Source: Squalus acanthias (lineage: Eukaryota). From it: 64,000 nt of DNA. The stretch is taken from positions 19,594,001-19,658,000 of the forward strand of contig CM059432.1 of the NCBI GenBank assembly GCA_030390025.1, given 5' to 3'. Position numbers and translations under genes: made by a program. The notes under the pieces are model-generated. The model ran no database searches. It had not been told where the DNA came from and was given only the letters and a program-made list of their open reading frames with translations. This document shows positions 52,431 to 64,000 of this stretch, in pieces. The stretch's first letter is position 1. Every line of letters begins with the position of its first letter.

Positions 52431-52619
52431 TGTCCCGATCCCGTTGAACAGTGACTCAGCACGCTACCTGTGTACCTGTGAGAATCAACGCCACTGTTGC
52501 TGTGTATACATACATGAGAAGGCGAAGCACAGACAATTCTGCATCAGCATTAACAGTAAAACATCGCAAAAAATTCAGTTTAGGCGTCACAAATTCACCT
52601 TAAACATTTCCACTCAAAG

Positions 52620-52885
52620 GTTTTTATTATTCGTTCATGGGATGTGGGCGTCGCTGGCAAGGCCAGCATTTATTGCCAATCCCTAATTGCCCTTGAGAAG
52701 GTGGTGGTGAGCCGCCTTCTTGAGCTGCTGCAGTCCGTGTGGTGAAGGTACTCCCACAGTGCTGTTAGGGAGGGAGTTCCAGGATTTTGACCCAGCGACG
52801 AGGAAGGATCTGCGATATATTTCCAAGTCAGGATGGTGTGTGACTTGGAGGGGAACTTGGAGGTGGTGGTGTTGAACACTATGTC
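52620..52885 (-). mobile_element. LINE 3' fragment inside the Gypsy 5'UTR
   Basis: SFLVAGSKSWNSLPNSTVGVPSPHGLQQLKKAAHHHLLKGN; same family as 11385-11560. Confidence 0.8.
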
Positions 52886-53011
52886 CTTCCATGATCCCTA
52901 AAAATAGCTTTGGGATCCTACTCTCATCGCCAAAAATGTAATATAAGTGGGTAGAACAAATCAAGGACAGAGACAGGATGAGTTCCTAGTCCATGTGCTT
53001 GCTTTACTAGG

Positions 53012-53178
53012 GTGGACAACTTGATGTCGGTGTCGATATGCGCGATCTTCTTGGCGATTCTCTCCACTTTGAGCCGGCAGTTTGTGGTGTCGATAGTGGT
53101 CATGATGCGGAGATGCCGGTGTTGGACTGGGGTGGACTGGGGTGTCCACCCCAGTCCAACACCGGCATCTCCGCATCA
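53012..53178 (-). mobile_element. Penelope-like 5' fragment with inverted terminal segment, inside the Gypsy 5' LTR
   Basis: 12-bp TSD tgctttactagg; 37-bp perfect hairpin 53101-53180; minus-strand ATG at 53103 gives MTTIDTTNCRLKVERIAKKIAHIDTDIKL. Confidence 0.7.
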
Positions 53179-53969
53179 TGCTTTACTAGGCCAGAGGGAA
53201 CTGAGCATGCTCATACCAAACCATGTGATAAACCATGTGATAATACATTACAGTAATGATCTGTTGGTTCCATTTCCCATGTTCAAGAAAGGGAATATGT
53301 TGAAGTCATTGAACACCCAATTTAAACAGCACTGCTTTGAAAGCTCTTTTGGCCATTTTGGAGCTTACACTCTTAAAGAGGAATGCTATTATTGATTTTG
53401 TTGCACTACTTTCTGCTCATTCAGTATTTTTGCAATGTTTTGATGGCATTTGCTGTTGGTTTTGGATGTGACCTAGTTGTTTTATGTTTTGCATTTTTTT
53501 GTTGTAACTTCTTATCTTTGATCTATGGTTTGTTACCAAGTACAATTTCAGATGCCACAATTTCAATTAGGAAGATGGGTCTCCTGCTGAAAATTCCTCT
53601 CTATTTTCTGGTTTTGGAAGAGGGCCTGAGGAGTCTTGAGTGGGAGATGCACTGACACCTAATTGGTCTTCTGGCACCCATTCTTACCCAACCACACTTG
53701 TCCAAGAACAAGATGCACCTACTTAGAAATATCTGAAGCGATCTGCCTTCACCTCTTAAGCTTCACTAGGAAAGCAGCCACAGAAATAAGCAGTCTCCTT
53801 AAAGCCAGATCTTGAGGCAAGTTCCAGGACAGGGTCAGTTCTGCGAATGATGACAGCCGCTAACGTCCATGCTACTGGATCCTTAAAACAACCAAATTTT
53901 GACAACAGGCGTACAGCAATACATAAAGGAGGTAATAGATGCCTTGTTGGCCCTTTCTTCCCTTTTCCT

Positions 53970-55238
53970 ATGGAAAGCAGCATGGCTTTGTCAGGGGGAG
54001 ATCATGTCTAACCAATTTGATTGAATTTTTCGAGGGGGTGACTAGGTGTGTGGATGAGGGTAGTGCAGTTGATGTGGTCTACATGGACTTCAGTAAGGCT
54101 TTTGACAAAGTCGCGCATGGGAGACTGGTCAAGAAGGTAAGAGCCCATGGGATCCAGGGCAACTTGGCACATTGGATCCAAAATTGGCTTAGTGGCAGGA
54201 GGCAGAGGGTGATGGTCAAAGGTTGTTTTTGTGACTGGAAGCCTGTGTCCAGTGGTGTACCGCAGGGATCGGTGTTGGGTCCTTTGCTGTTTTAGATATG
54301 AATGTAGGAGGTATGATCAGTAAGTTCGCAGATGACACGAAAATTGGTGGAGTGGTAAATAGCGAGGAGGGAAGCCTCAGGCTACAGGACGATATAGATG
54401 GGTTGGTCAGATGGGCAGAACAGTGGCACATGGAATTTAACCCTGAAAAGTGTGAGGTGATGCATTTTGGGAGGACTAACAAGGCAAGGGAATACACAAT
54501 GAATGGTAGGATCCGAGGAAGGACAGAGGAACCTTTATTGTGCATGTACATAGATCCCTGAAGGCAGCAGGACAGGTAGATAAGGTGGTTAAAAAGGCAT
54601 ATGGGATACTTGCCTTCATTAGCCGAGGCATAGAATATAAGAGCAGGGAGGTTATGATGGAGCTGTACAAAACGCTAGTTAGGCCACAGCTGGAATACTG
54701 TGTGCAGTTCTGGTCGCCACACTATAGGAAGGATGTGATTGCATTGGAGAGGGTGCAGAGGAGATTCACCAGGATGTTACCTGGGCTGCAGTGCTTCAGC
54801 TATGAAGAGAGACTGGACAGCCTGGGGTTGTTTTCCTTAGAGCAGAGAAGGCTGAGCGGGGACCTGATTGAGGTGTACAAAATTATGAGGGGCATAGATA
54901 GGGCAGATAGAAAGGAACTTTTCCCCTTAGTAGAGGGGTCAATAACCAGGGGGCATAGTTTCAAGGTAAGGGGCAGGAGGTTTAGAGGGGATTTGAGGAA
55001 AAACTTTTTCACCCAGAGGGTGGTTGAAATCTGGAACTCACTGCCTGAAAGGGTGGTAGATGCAGGAACCCTCACAACATTCAAGAAGCATTTAGATGAG
55101 CACTCAAAATGCCATAGCATACAAGGCTACGGACCAAGTGCTGGAAAATGGGATTAGAATAGACAGGGCTTGATGGCCGGCGCGGACACGATGGGCCGAA
55201 GGGCCTCTTTCTGTGCTGTATAACTCTATGACTCTATG
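53970..55238 (+). mobile_element. 5'-truncated CR1 LINE
   Basis: QHGFVRGRSCLTNL..GVPQGSVLGP..FADD..FFTQRVVEIWNSLP; (ACTCTATG)n tail. Confidence 0.95.
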
Positions 55239-57512
55239 TTAAAGGCTGTAGTCAAATGCATTCAAAAAGATTGCTGCACTTTCTCCAGGTAATAGGTTTC
55301 CCCAAAGTACCGTACATTATTCATAGCACACATTTGGCCATTTGAGCTCCTACACCCAATCCTACAAGCTTCATGAACAGAAAAGGCTTCCACTTTATTA
55401 ATATGCTTATTTGGTTTGTGATTATAGACACAAAATTATGGATGTGAATGTCCGTTACCCTGACAGCAGTTATAATACCTTTGTTTTACAGCAATCTATC
55501 ATGATTCAATTAAAACTAGATGGTTGGCTTCTCAGCCTTGGCTCATGACCTCTTGAGATAGCCATGAACAAGAGCCGAACAATGATATCATGATGCACGC
55601 ACAGCCACCAGGATCGTGGATGCATATACCATCGGAAAGCCTGAAGACATGACTGCTGGACCCCAATTGCAGCCAGGAAGAGTCTTAAATGATGAATTCC
55701 TGTTCCACCCAATGGACAGTCATATCTATGAGTGACCAGTAAAATGGACCAAAACACCAAACTCACCATTACCCTCTGCCTTACATCAGTTATAATAGAT
55801 TCCAATCCTTTACTCTGCTGCTTACTCCAAGTGACCTCTCAGCGCACAATTAAAGTAAAACCCCTCCTTTAGTCCCCCTAATATTGTGAGGTGCATCTGT
55901 GCTCTTACTTTGGTGCTTTCGCTTCGTTAAAGTGTATGGTGCTTCCTAATCTGGTGCCCCATCAATGGGAGGAAGATCTGTGGTAACTGGCTGTTGAGTG
56001 GAAGTGCATGTCTCTTGGGATGGTCCAATACCTCCTTTGTGCTGGATGATGAGTTGGCCCTGCAACTTCTGCCGCCACATCATATTGTGGTGGCGGCCTA
56101 GTCCCGTGGGCTTATCTGACACACACAGTGAGTCATTTCAGCAGGCTGGCTGGCTGGAACAGATAGGGTGTCTCTCTGAGAGACAACTCACTATCCCTGC
56201 CAACTCCGGCCTCTTCTCTTCTGCCAAGCGCTCGCAGGTTGTTGAAGCCCTGTGCTATGGCTTGCTCAATTTGAATTCCCAGCACGTTGGAATCAGACAA
56301 CAGAGTCCACTGAGCCCAGGGTGTCGACTGCCCCAGTCGGTGCGTTCATTAGAGAGACTGTGCCTGCTCTGAGGCCCTTTGTCATTGGTGGCTTCAAAGA
56401 GCCCTGGAGTGGCCACACTCTCCATGGTGGCCTGTAGTATAGCCTGCCAGTCAAATATCACTGCATAGATGTGGCTAGTAGGCTTCCTTTTCAGGCACAC
56501 ACTCAAAAGACTGCATGAAACATTCAGACTCAGATTTGAATGGATTTATGATGTTACTATAGATAGCAACCTGAGCAATTCTTCCACGCTTTTTATAGTT
56601 TCTTGTGGTATCCCCGTTGATAAACTCCAGCCACTTCACATTTCACCTCCATGTGTTTCTGGTCCATCTGTTTGGATCTCAAATACTAGAGTATCGTTGT
56701 TTAAGTGCAACCGAGTCATTATCAATCTAATCCAATTCAGAGCAAAGCCATAGCAAACAATCTCTGAAGGTTTTATAAATACTGATAGATTTAAGGTTAA
56801 TTCCTTCATTCCAATTGCACTTAATGCCATGAAATATTCAGATAGTTCACAAGAATAACTCAAGTGGAATCGCATCTCCTTAAGCTGACGATTCAAGTTT
56901 GGATTTTTAACTCCTGAAATGTCATGTTATCATAATATAGTGAGGAGCTAATATCCAAAAGGAAAAGCAATTATTTATATATCGAAATGTAAAAGAAGGA
57001 GTCTGACCATCAGTACATCGTCCAAATATCAAACCTTTCACTAGAATTTCGATTACCTTCAATGACCTTTTGATATTTTTTGTGGTGTAAGGTGATGGTG
57101 AACGGGAAGCATTAGTCTGGCAGAGATGGACTTGAATTAACATCAGTAGATAAATCTCAAAAATTGAAAATATTGCTATTTCATGATCCTTTAATACTGC
57201 AGAACTACTTTCGGTAGAAGAAGCGGTTCATCTTACGGGCTTACCAGGCCGTGGAATCCACCCTATCTACATTGGGGAAGAGCAGGGTTTCTCCCATTTG
57301 TCCACCGTAACTGCGGTGGAAGAAACACAGATGCCCTGGATAAACGGCCTAGATGATCGGGAGAATCCCCGCGGAAATTCAACCCTGATGTCCTTAGTGT
57401 CTGTTGAAAAAAATCACAAATGCAACCTTCATTTCAGCCTGTCGATTTTTCCAGATCGCCGGGGCCGGTCTATCCAGGCAGGTAGTGCGGAAAGCCCGTT
57501 GGCGAACTTTAT

Positions 57513-58266
57513 GGGCTGGATTTTCAATGACCTGTAGTGTCGGTTTTGGAGGCGTGTGGGAGGTTAAAGTTGCGGGGTCGGGGGTCCCGACCCCATCCCG
57601 ACTCCATCCCACCTCCACGCAATTTTGACAAAATCAGTCACGGAGTTCCCGACTCCGTCCCGCCTCCAAGAGGCGGGAGAGGCCATTAAAGCCCTTAACA
57701 AGCCCTAAATTGGCTCTGTAATGCCATTTTGAAACGTTTTAGCTAGTTTAACCCTTTTTGGACGTGAAGTACGCCTGTTGTGAAACACACCAGTGAAACC
57801 TGGCGGGAGCACAAGTGGATAGCTGACTATCAGCTGCAGGTCCACTATTATAACGGAGATGTGATGAAGGTAGTAGTAGCATTGTGATGAAGGTAGTAGT
57901 ATTAGGTCTGAAAGTCGCCTCTGATGCTGCTGCATTGTCTTCAGAGACTGCCTGGCCTTGCTGTGAGAGGCCCTCGATGAAAATAAAAAATCTCTCTCTC
58001 TCTCTCTCTCTCCATATTTTGCATCCAGGTCCACTCACAGCAAAGGCTAGGCAATCTCTGAGACCAGGCAGCCTGCAATGATGACATCATCAGAGGCAAC
58101 TTTCCCACTGAAACCACTAATTTGTTCATGGGTTCCCACATGCTGGAACTCAATTGCCCAATTAAGTGAAAATTGCATCATTCATCCACATTTTTCTGGA
58201 GTCGGGGGGACAACACAAAATTCGGGTAACACGACCCCAACCCGACCCCAAGACAAAATCCAGCCC
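57513..58266. mobile_element. Harbinger MITE (relative of 41307-42020) nested in older MITE debris
   Basis: TIRs gggctggatttt / aaaatccagccc; TSD TAT. Confidence 0.88.
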
Positions 58267-59004
58267 TATGGGTGGAGTGAGCAGTCAGATTGCCTGTGAC
58301 TGTAAATAGTGTCACGGGCAACCTCCGGTAGAGGAGCAGTTGAGTACAAGCTCTTGAGGCAATTCTCTTCTTCTGTGGTAGCAGTAAAGACCGCAGGGGA
58401 AAATTCAACTCACAGCCATCCCTTTTGCACCTCAGACTCCCCACTGATGGCCAAGGCCTGTAAATGGGCGAGCAGCCTGCCCACCTGAAACAGGCTTACG
58501 GCTGCTCTTCTATGTAAATAGAGGACCTACACCAGTTGTAGCAATTCAGGATGGAGCTTGTATCGTACAATCTGTGCCCTTTTTGTGCCAAGTCATGAGC
58601 AGCCTAACTGACAGTCCTTAAAGGGACCACTGGAGGTTGCTTAGACAAAGGCCGCAAAACTTTTTAAAAGTTATTATTTCTGTGGATCCAGAAGGAGCAA
58701 AAGTACTGTGGGCTGCTGCCAGCATGGGCCTGCCCCATTGATTTCACCTCCGCCTACCACTGTACCTAACCATCGTGCCTGTGCCCACTCTCTTTGAAAG
58801 AGCTTTCCAATTAGTCCCACTCTTTCATATTGATGCAATATTCATGAAGCTGCATTTCATTTTGAAAGAGATTCTGGCCTTAGCCAGAGTTTTCTTTGGC
58901 TCTTTTGCTGAAGTTACAGCGTACGATCAGGAGAACCCCCGTGGAAATTCAGCCCCTATAGGGTTGAGCTTCTGTTCTCACTGCTTCTACAAAGTGTTGT
59001 TACG

Positions 59005-59325
59005 ACACTGTGTCACTGGAGGAGCCAGTTCGCTGTCCTTTCGATTATTAAAGTGAGGAGCATTCTAACTTCTCAGGTGGATGTTGAAGATCCAAAGGCA
59101 CTGTTCAAAGAAGAGCAGGGAGTTCTCCTGGTACCCTGGACAATATTCTTCCCTCAACCAACCCCAGCAAAACAGATCAGCCATTCATCTCATTGTACTT
59201 TGTTTCATCCTATTGTGCACAAAATGGCGGCTGTGTTGGCCAATACTAGAATCAATGCAATTGAAAGTAATTTATTGAGACGTTTCTGAGAGGGATAATA
59301 GGGCATTATATATAAGCCTTTTTTT
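59005..59325 (+). mobile_element. Degraded Deu-SINE
   Basis: ctcaggtggatgttgaagatcc...gaagagcaggggagttctcctggt...ccctcaacca. Confidence 0.65.
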
Positions 59326-60477
59326 ATTTATTTGTCACCCAATGCTGATGGTTTTTAGATTGATGAGCAGAAGAAAAATAGCACCAACATTTTTTACTTA
59401 ATAAAGGGAGTGATGGTAGGGTGATTGATGGTGAGACCTTTTACTTAATATTCATAGTTCAAAAATTCCTGAAGATGTCATGTTTCAAACAAATGCTTCC
59501 ATACTTTACCAATTTGCAAACAAAAGCTTGCAATGTCTTGTGCAACTATTAGTTCCTTTAATTTCTGAAGGTTGACTTTTCCCATCCACCTTCTGACCTC
59601 CTTTTCCTGAAGGCTTTTGGGCAAATTTTTAAAAAGCTTGTTAGAAAGTAAGTGAAAGAAAACAAAATGACATTGACTCACATTCAAATTACTCAAACCT
59701 TATTCACCAATTGTCATGCTATCAGGAGAGTGGGACTAACTGGATTGCTCTTCGAAAGAGCCGAGGCAGACTCGATGGGTCGAATGGCCTCCTTCTGTGC
59801 TGTACTGTTCTCAATGATTATAGTCACACTGATTATGCCAACAAATGGCAGTCAATGAATGTTAAAATTCTGTCGGGCAATTGTTCTCAAGTGTTAGCAA
59901 TTGCACAAGTTACTTTTAAAAGCACATTATCGTAACATTTCCAAACATCATTGTTTGTTAGAAATCCCAACATTCATATGCTTCAGCTCAGTATTACGAC
60001 AGAATAGTGTGTCTCCCTAACAAACGTTCTCCACTGCCCTGGCAGTTGGGATGAGTGGTTAGCAGAAATTAAGACATCCCTGCAATAGGATCAAGAAGAA
60101 AGCCAAGCCAATCTGCTCCTGCAAGCGCTCCACTGCCAGCTCAAGAGTGGCATGGGCAAAAGACTTGGGTGCAGGGTGTAAGCAGGCCATCTACTTGGTC
60201 AGTGGAATGGTGTGTGTCACAGAAGAAAAAGGTAAGCATTGTCTTGGTCCTGATTTTATTACTTGCAAAGAACTCTTCCCATTAGGTTTTTTTTCCCCTT
60301 CTCATGTCAATGATGAGTTTGCTCATCCAAGTGTAATCAGGGTCCATTTTTATTCTGCCCTCAACCAATTGTTTCTGGTGCAGCCTGCTTACCAAATGAC
60401 ACGTTGTTAAACTCACTTGCCTTCTTAACCACTCGCGCTGACCACCGTGCACTGCTTATTACCCTATTACCATGTGT

Positions 60478-60940
60478 CAGCTGTGGTTCAGTGGGTAGCA
60501 CACTCACCTCTGAGGTCAGAAGGCTGTGGGTTCAAGTCCCACTCCAGGGGCTTGTGCACATAAAGCTAGGCTGACGCTCCAGTGCAGTGCTGAGGGTGTG
60601 CTGCACTGTCGGAGGTGCTGTCTTTCGGATGAAACGTTAAACCAAGGCCCCGTCTGCTCTCTCAGGTGAATGTAAAAGATCCCATTGCACTTTTGCGAAG
60701 AAGAGCAGAGGAGTTATCCCCTGGTGTCCTGGCCAATATTTATCCCTCAACCAACATAACAAAAACAGATTATCTGGTCATTATCACATTGCTGTTTGTC
60801 GAAGCTTACTGTGCGCAAATTGGCTGCTGCGTTTCCCACATCAACAGTGGCTCCACTTTAATAAGTACTTAATTGGCTGTAAAGCACTTTGAGACGTCCG
60901 GTGGTCGTGAAAGGCGCAATAAATGCAAGTCTTTCTTTCT
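60478..60940 (+). mobile_element. Full-length Deu-domain tRNA SINE (SacSINE1-like)
   Basis: A box tggttcagtggg, B box gggttcaagtccc, central Deu domain, L2-like tail ending (TTTC)n. Confidence 0.85.
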
Positions 60941-62678
60941 TATAACTAGGAATGTTTGTTTTGCAAAAAAAGCCGAGAGGCAGGGTAATCAAAGATGCAG
61001 GTCAGTTAATGTTTAACGAGGGAAGTCAACCATGCAAAGCGCAGAGAGAAATAATGCTTCACTTATCTGGTAGCTGCAGCCCCAGGCAACTCAGTAGCAA
61101 ATAGTCCCAGTGCGAGAAGGCTTGCTAGCCCAGGCACTATCAGAATCAGGATTAAAGCAGGCAAAAAATATTTAAAGGATGGCAGGTCAAATCCACTGCT
61201 TTCTACGGCAGCGCCCCCCTTGATTAACCTTTAAGACCTGCTGTATCATTTTTCCACAGGAGTTGGGATAAAGTTAATTTACATAGAGAATGTGCTCAAC
61301 AACTTCGACTAATCCTCCCTCTGTAAGATTCATAAATAATCATTGTTTTTTCTATTTAGCATGTTAATTGATAGAAATTTCGGCTGTACAGCAAGTTCAA
61401 AAGAAAACGTAGAGAGAAAAAAAAGAGATGGCAATTTAAATTCAAGAACTGCTGTCTCCAGAATTTATGACGGCATCGTGATCTAATATGTACCTGCTAC
61501 AAAGAGAAGTTCAAAAAAAAAACCTCACACTGTATTGAAAATTCTATTTTCTTATCCCATGGTAACTTCTGACAACCCATGCCACTGTTAATAAATCTTT
61601 TCAGTTGTTACAGTAATATCTGAGTAAGTTTATTCTGCCTGTAGGGACTATAACCAATGCATGTAAACAGAACTTTACTCGGATCTGATGAGCCAATAGC
61701 TCGAGGTATAAATGCAGTTTGCAGTGTGGGACTGAGTCATAACGATCAGAAGGTCAACACTTTGACCTGTAGTCTGTGTGGAGGCAGTTGATCTGAACTA
61801 GGTGCAGTAAGGGGGGGGCGGTCTACAATTGGATTCAGCACTTCCTGAAGAGAGAGGGGGAACAATCAGTCACTGATCACAATCCAATCAGCCCTGCTGG
61901 AAAGTAAATATTGGGTGTGTTTGGGGATTTGTCTCGATTTAAATGTCCCCTTACAGTCAAGTAGGCTGTCAACACCCTCTGGGCTTGCAAAAGAGATATT
62001 AGAAGGTGGCCAGAATTTATGGGTTAGTACCACAGCCTGAAACACTATCTTCAGGGAAGGGAAGGTAAAAATTGAGGCAAAATTTTACCACATCTTTTTC
62101 TCTTCTGCTGTGTGCGGGAATTTCAACAGTGCTGTGGAGTTGGGGCTGTTGCCTATTCCATCAACATCAGGATCCGATTCTCACAAATTGCATTTTATAA
62201 AATTAGGATTACTTTCACCAACAGCCATTAAAGTATTACTGAAATGTCTTTATCTTGCTGTAATTTTTTTCTGGCATGCTGGCAATTAGACTTCCAGGCA
62301 TCTTTGTGTGTCACTGGTGGGAAATAGAAATGGTTGGCAAGGGTTGGCTGCTGAACTAGGAGAGAAAGGGTGAATACTGAGTGGAACATCCAGGGTTAAG
62401 AAAAAGAAACAGAAAGAGATCAGTTCTATAAATCGTCTCAACTGTCAGCAGACATAGTCACTGTTTGTTATTGTATGGTATAGATGCAAACAAAAGCTGG
62501 GATTTAATATGTTTATTCCATTTTCCTGCCATCCCATCAGGTTGAGTCAGTGGGATTGTTTAAGATGCATGCGAGACTTGCAGTACAGGTACTCCCCCCC
62601 TTGAATAATATATTATGTCACTGAGAAAGCAAGGTGCAGCACATCACCATCATTGAAAATAGTAGGAGAAAAGACAAT

Positions 62679-63377
62679 GGGCCAGAATTCTCCTCACACT
62701 TACTCGAACAATTTTTGCCCTACAATTTGCTGGAAATGCGAGTTGATAACGGGGCATCTGGGATCTTAGTGAACAATGGGACCAACAGTCTATCTCCTTA
62801 ACCAATGAGGTTTAAGTATAGAGAAAAACACAGAGGAACGACGGCGAGGAAATAGTAAATTAAAGTCAAATTAGGTACTGAAAGAGAATTAAAGAGGGGA
62901 AAAGAAAGATTGGATTAAGAGAGCGAGAAAAATGAGAGAAAGGAAAATTAAGAAAAAAAAAAAAAAATTATATTTTAAAAACCTCTAATGTTAATTTACT
63001 ACCTGCAGGAATGAGACTCCACAGTTTTAATTGTTCCCTTTCTGGGCCGGAGAGGTTGAGTGGCATTGCAGGAACATGAATCTCATCATTAAAAAGGTCC
63101 TTATGCTCACTGTTAAGTACAAGCCCGAACTTTCTGCGGCGAGTTTAATTTGTATTTACTGCGCAAAAGCAGCAATTTCTTGAAACTTACAAGGAAGTTC
63201 AGGGTGAGCTGCTGTTTTCGTAAGGCTAACGGTGGAGCGGCGCAAATCGTCCAGCAATTTGTGGTGATTCACAACTCACAGGTTATCTCTTCTTTGCCAT
63301 AAATTGCAGGGTTATTTCCACACTAATAATGGCGTGCACATTAACTGCAACGTTACATTCCCTGCAAATTCTGGGCC
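62679..63377. mobile_element. Harbinger-type MITE
   Basis: TIRs gggccagaatt / aattctgggcc; TSD AAT. Confidence 0.8.
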
Positions 63378-64000
63378 AATGTAAATTAACAAATCCTGAT
63401 TGGGCAAAGCCAAACTTGGCTTTAAAAATGTGGAGATAGTAGGAGGAAGGAAAGTCTAAGGGAGAAGGATTTTAGCTGCTATAAGTTCCTGGAAAAGAAG
63501 GAGTTACAATAGGTGATCATACAATGAACACTGGTCCCATTCCTTTATTGCCCCAGGCTCATAAGATGTCTTTCCATAATTGACAAATGTTATAGAAATG
63601 TAAGTTGTTGTATTTATTATTTATTAATGCATGTTATGTAGAAGAGTGTAGCTGAAAATAAACTAATAACAAGGACAAGCATCCTATATTGAATCTGGTG
63701 GTTGGATCACATGATTGACTGGGGTGGGAAATGGGAATGATTCAGTGCAAGATGTATTTTGAGTTTGAGATTAACACACATTTTGCGTTTGAAATTGCAC
63801 TGTGTTATTATTAACAAATTGATTAATCTATTCAGAAGACATTCCTTTATTCCCTATTTGAATGAAGGCATGAACCCATTTAAAATAAACAGCTACCAAG
63901 CCATTGGCTACAGGAACCTAAAGCAGTAATGTAGCCTGATTAAAAAACTCTCTACTACACACATGGATATGAGCTAATGTTACTTGAATCATGAACTGCA

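Larger units (their letters stand above)
49802..53252 (-). mobile_element. Gypsy LTR retrotransposon with both LTRs and no integrase
   Basis: 138-bp TG..CA LTRs (49802-49939; 52937-53252 including insert); TSD ATAAT/GTAAT; PBS-like tggcgatgag next to the 5' LTR; PPT at 49940-49967. Confidence 0.93.

Noticed and set aside
55506..57143. Run of short minus-strand ORFs suggesting a pseudogene
   Set aside because: No recognisable domain; multiple stops; compatible with chance ORFs in unique DNA.
57245..57310. Apparent 66-nt minus-strand exon (YGGQMGETLLFPNVDRVDSTA) with good splice sites
   Set aside because: Overlaps a palindromic MITE-like remnant (gggtttctccc..ccaccgtaactgcggtgg, related to 57352-57387 and 58905-58957); no recognisable protein.
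60478..60550. tRNA-like sequence (also ~27290-27365, ~32025-32098, ~32743-32835)
   Set aside because: These are SINE heads continuing into SINE bodies, not tRNA genes.
1..64000. Prokaryotic systems (CRISPR, operons, defence islands)
   Set aside because: The window is vertebrate repeat-rich DNA; none of these signatures are present.

Overview
Eukaryotic, repeat-dense window with no confidently identifiable host gene. The SINE and LINE repertoire (HE1-like V-SINE, Deu-domain SINE, CR1 with octamer tails) points to a cartilaginous fish (shark/ray), probably an intergenic region or a large intron. All identifications are from reading the sequence and recalling family features; no database search was run. 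Contents: (1) many CR1 LINE copies, including a near full-length minus-strand CR1 at ~21281-30030 carrying five nested insertions; (2) about 15 PIF/Harbinger elements and MITEs with GGGCYRGAWTT-type TIRs and 3-bp TSDs, one holding an in-frame three-exon Myb/SANT gene (15507-17479) and another holding Myb and DDE-transposase remnants; (3) an integrase-deleted Gypsy LTR retrotransposon (49802-53252); (4) a long solo LTR (24207-26462); (5) Penelope fragments, two carrying minimal hammerhead-ribozyme motifs. The most notable observations are the hammerhead motifs, two different Harbinger MITEs inserted at the identical nucleotide of a hammerhead-like repeat, the Myb-retaining transposase-less Harbinger with related MITEs, and a hairpin-forming Penelope insertion inside the Gypsy LTR. 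Unique AT-rich islands may hold conserved non-coding elements or small exons, but this cannot be established from the sequence alone.
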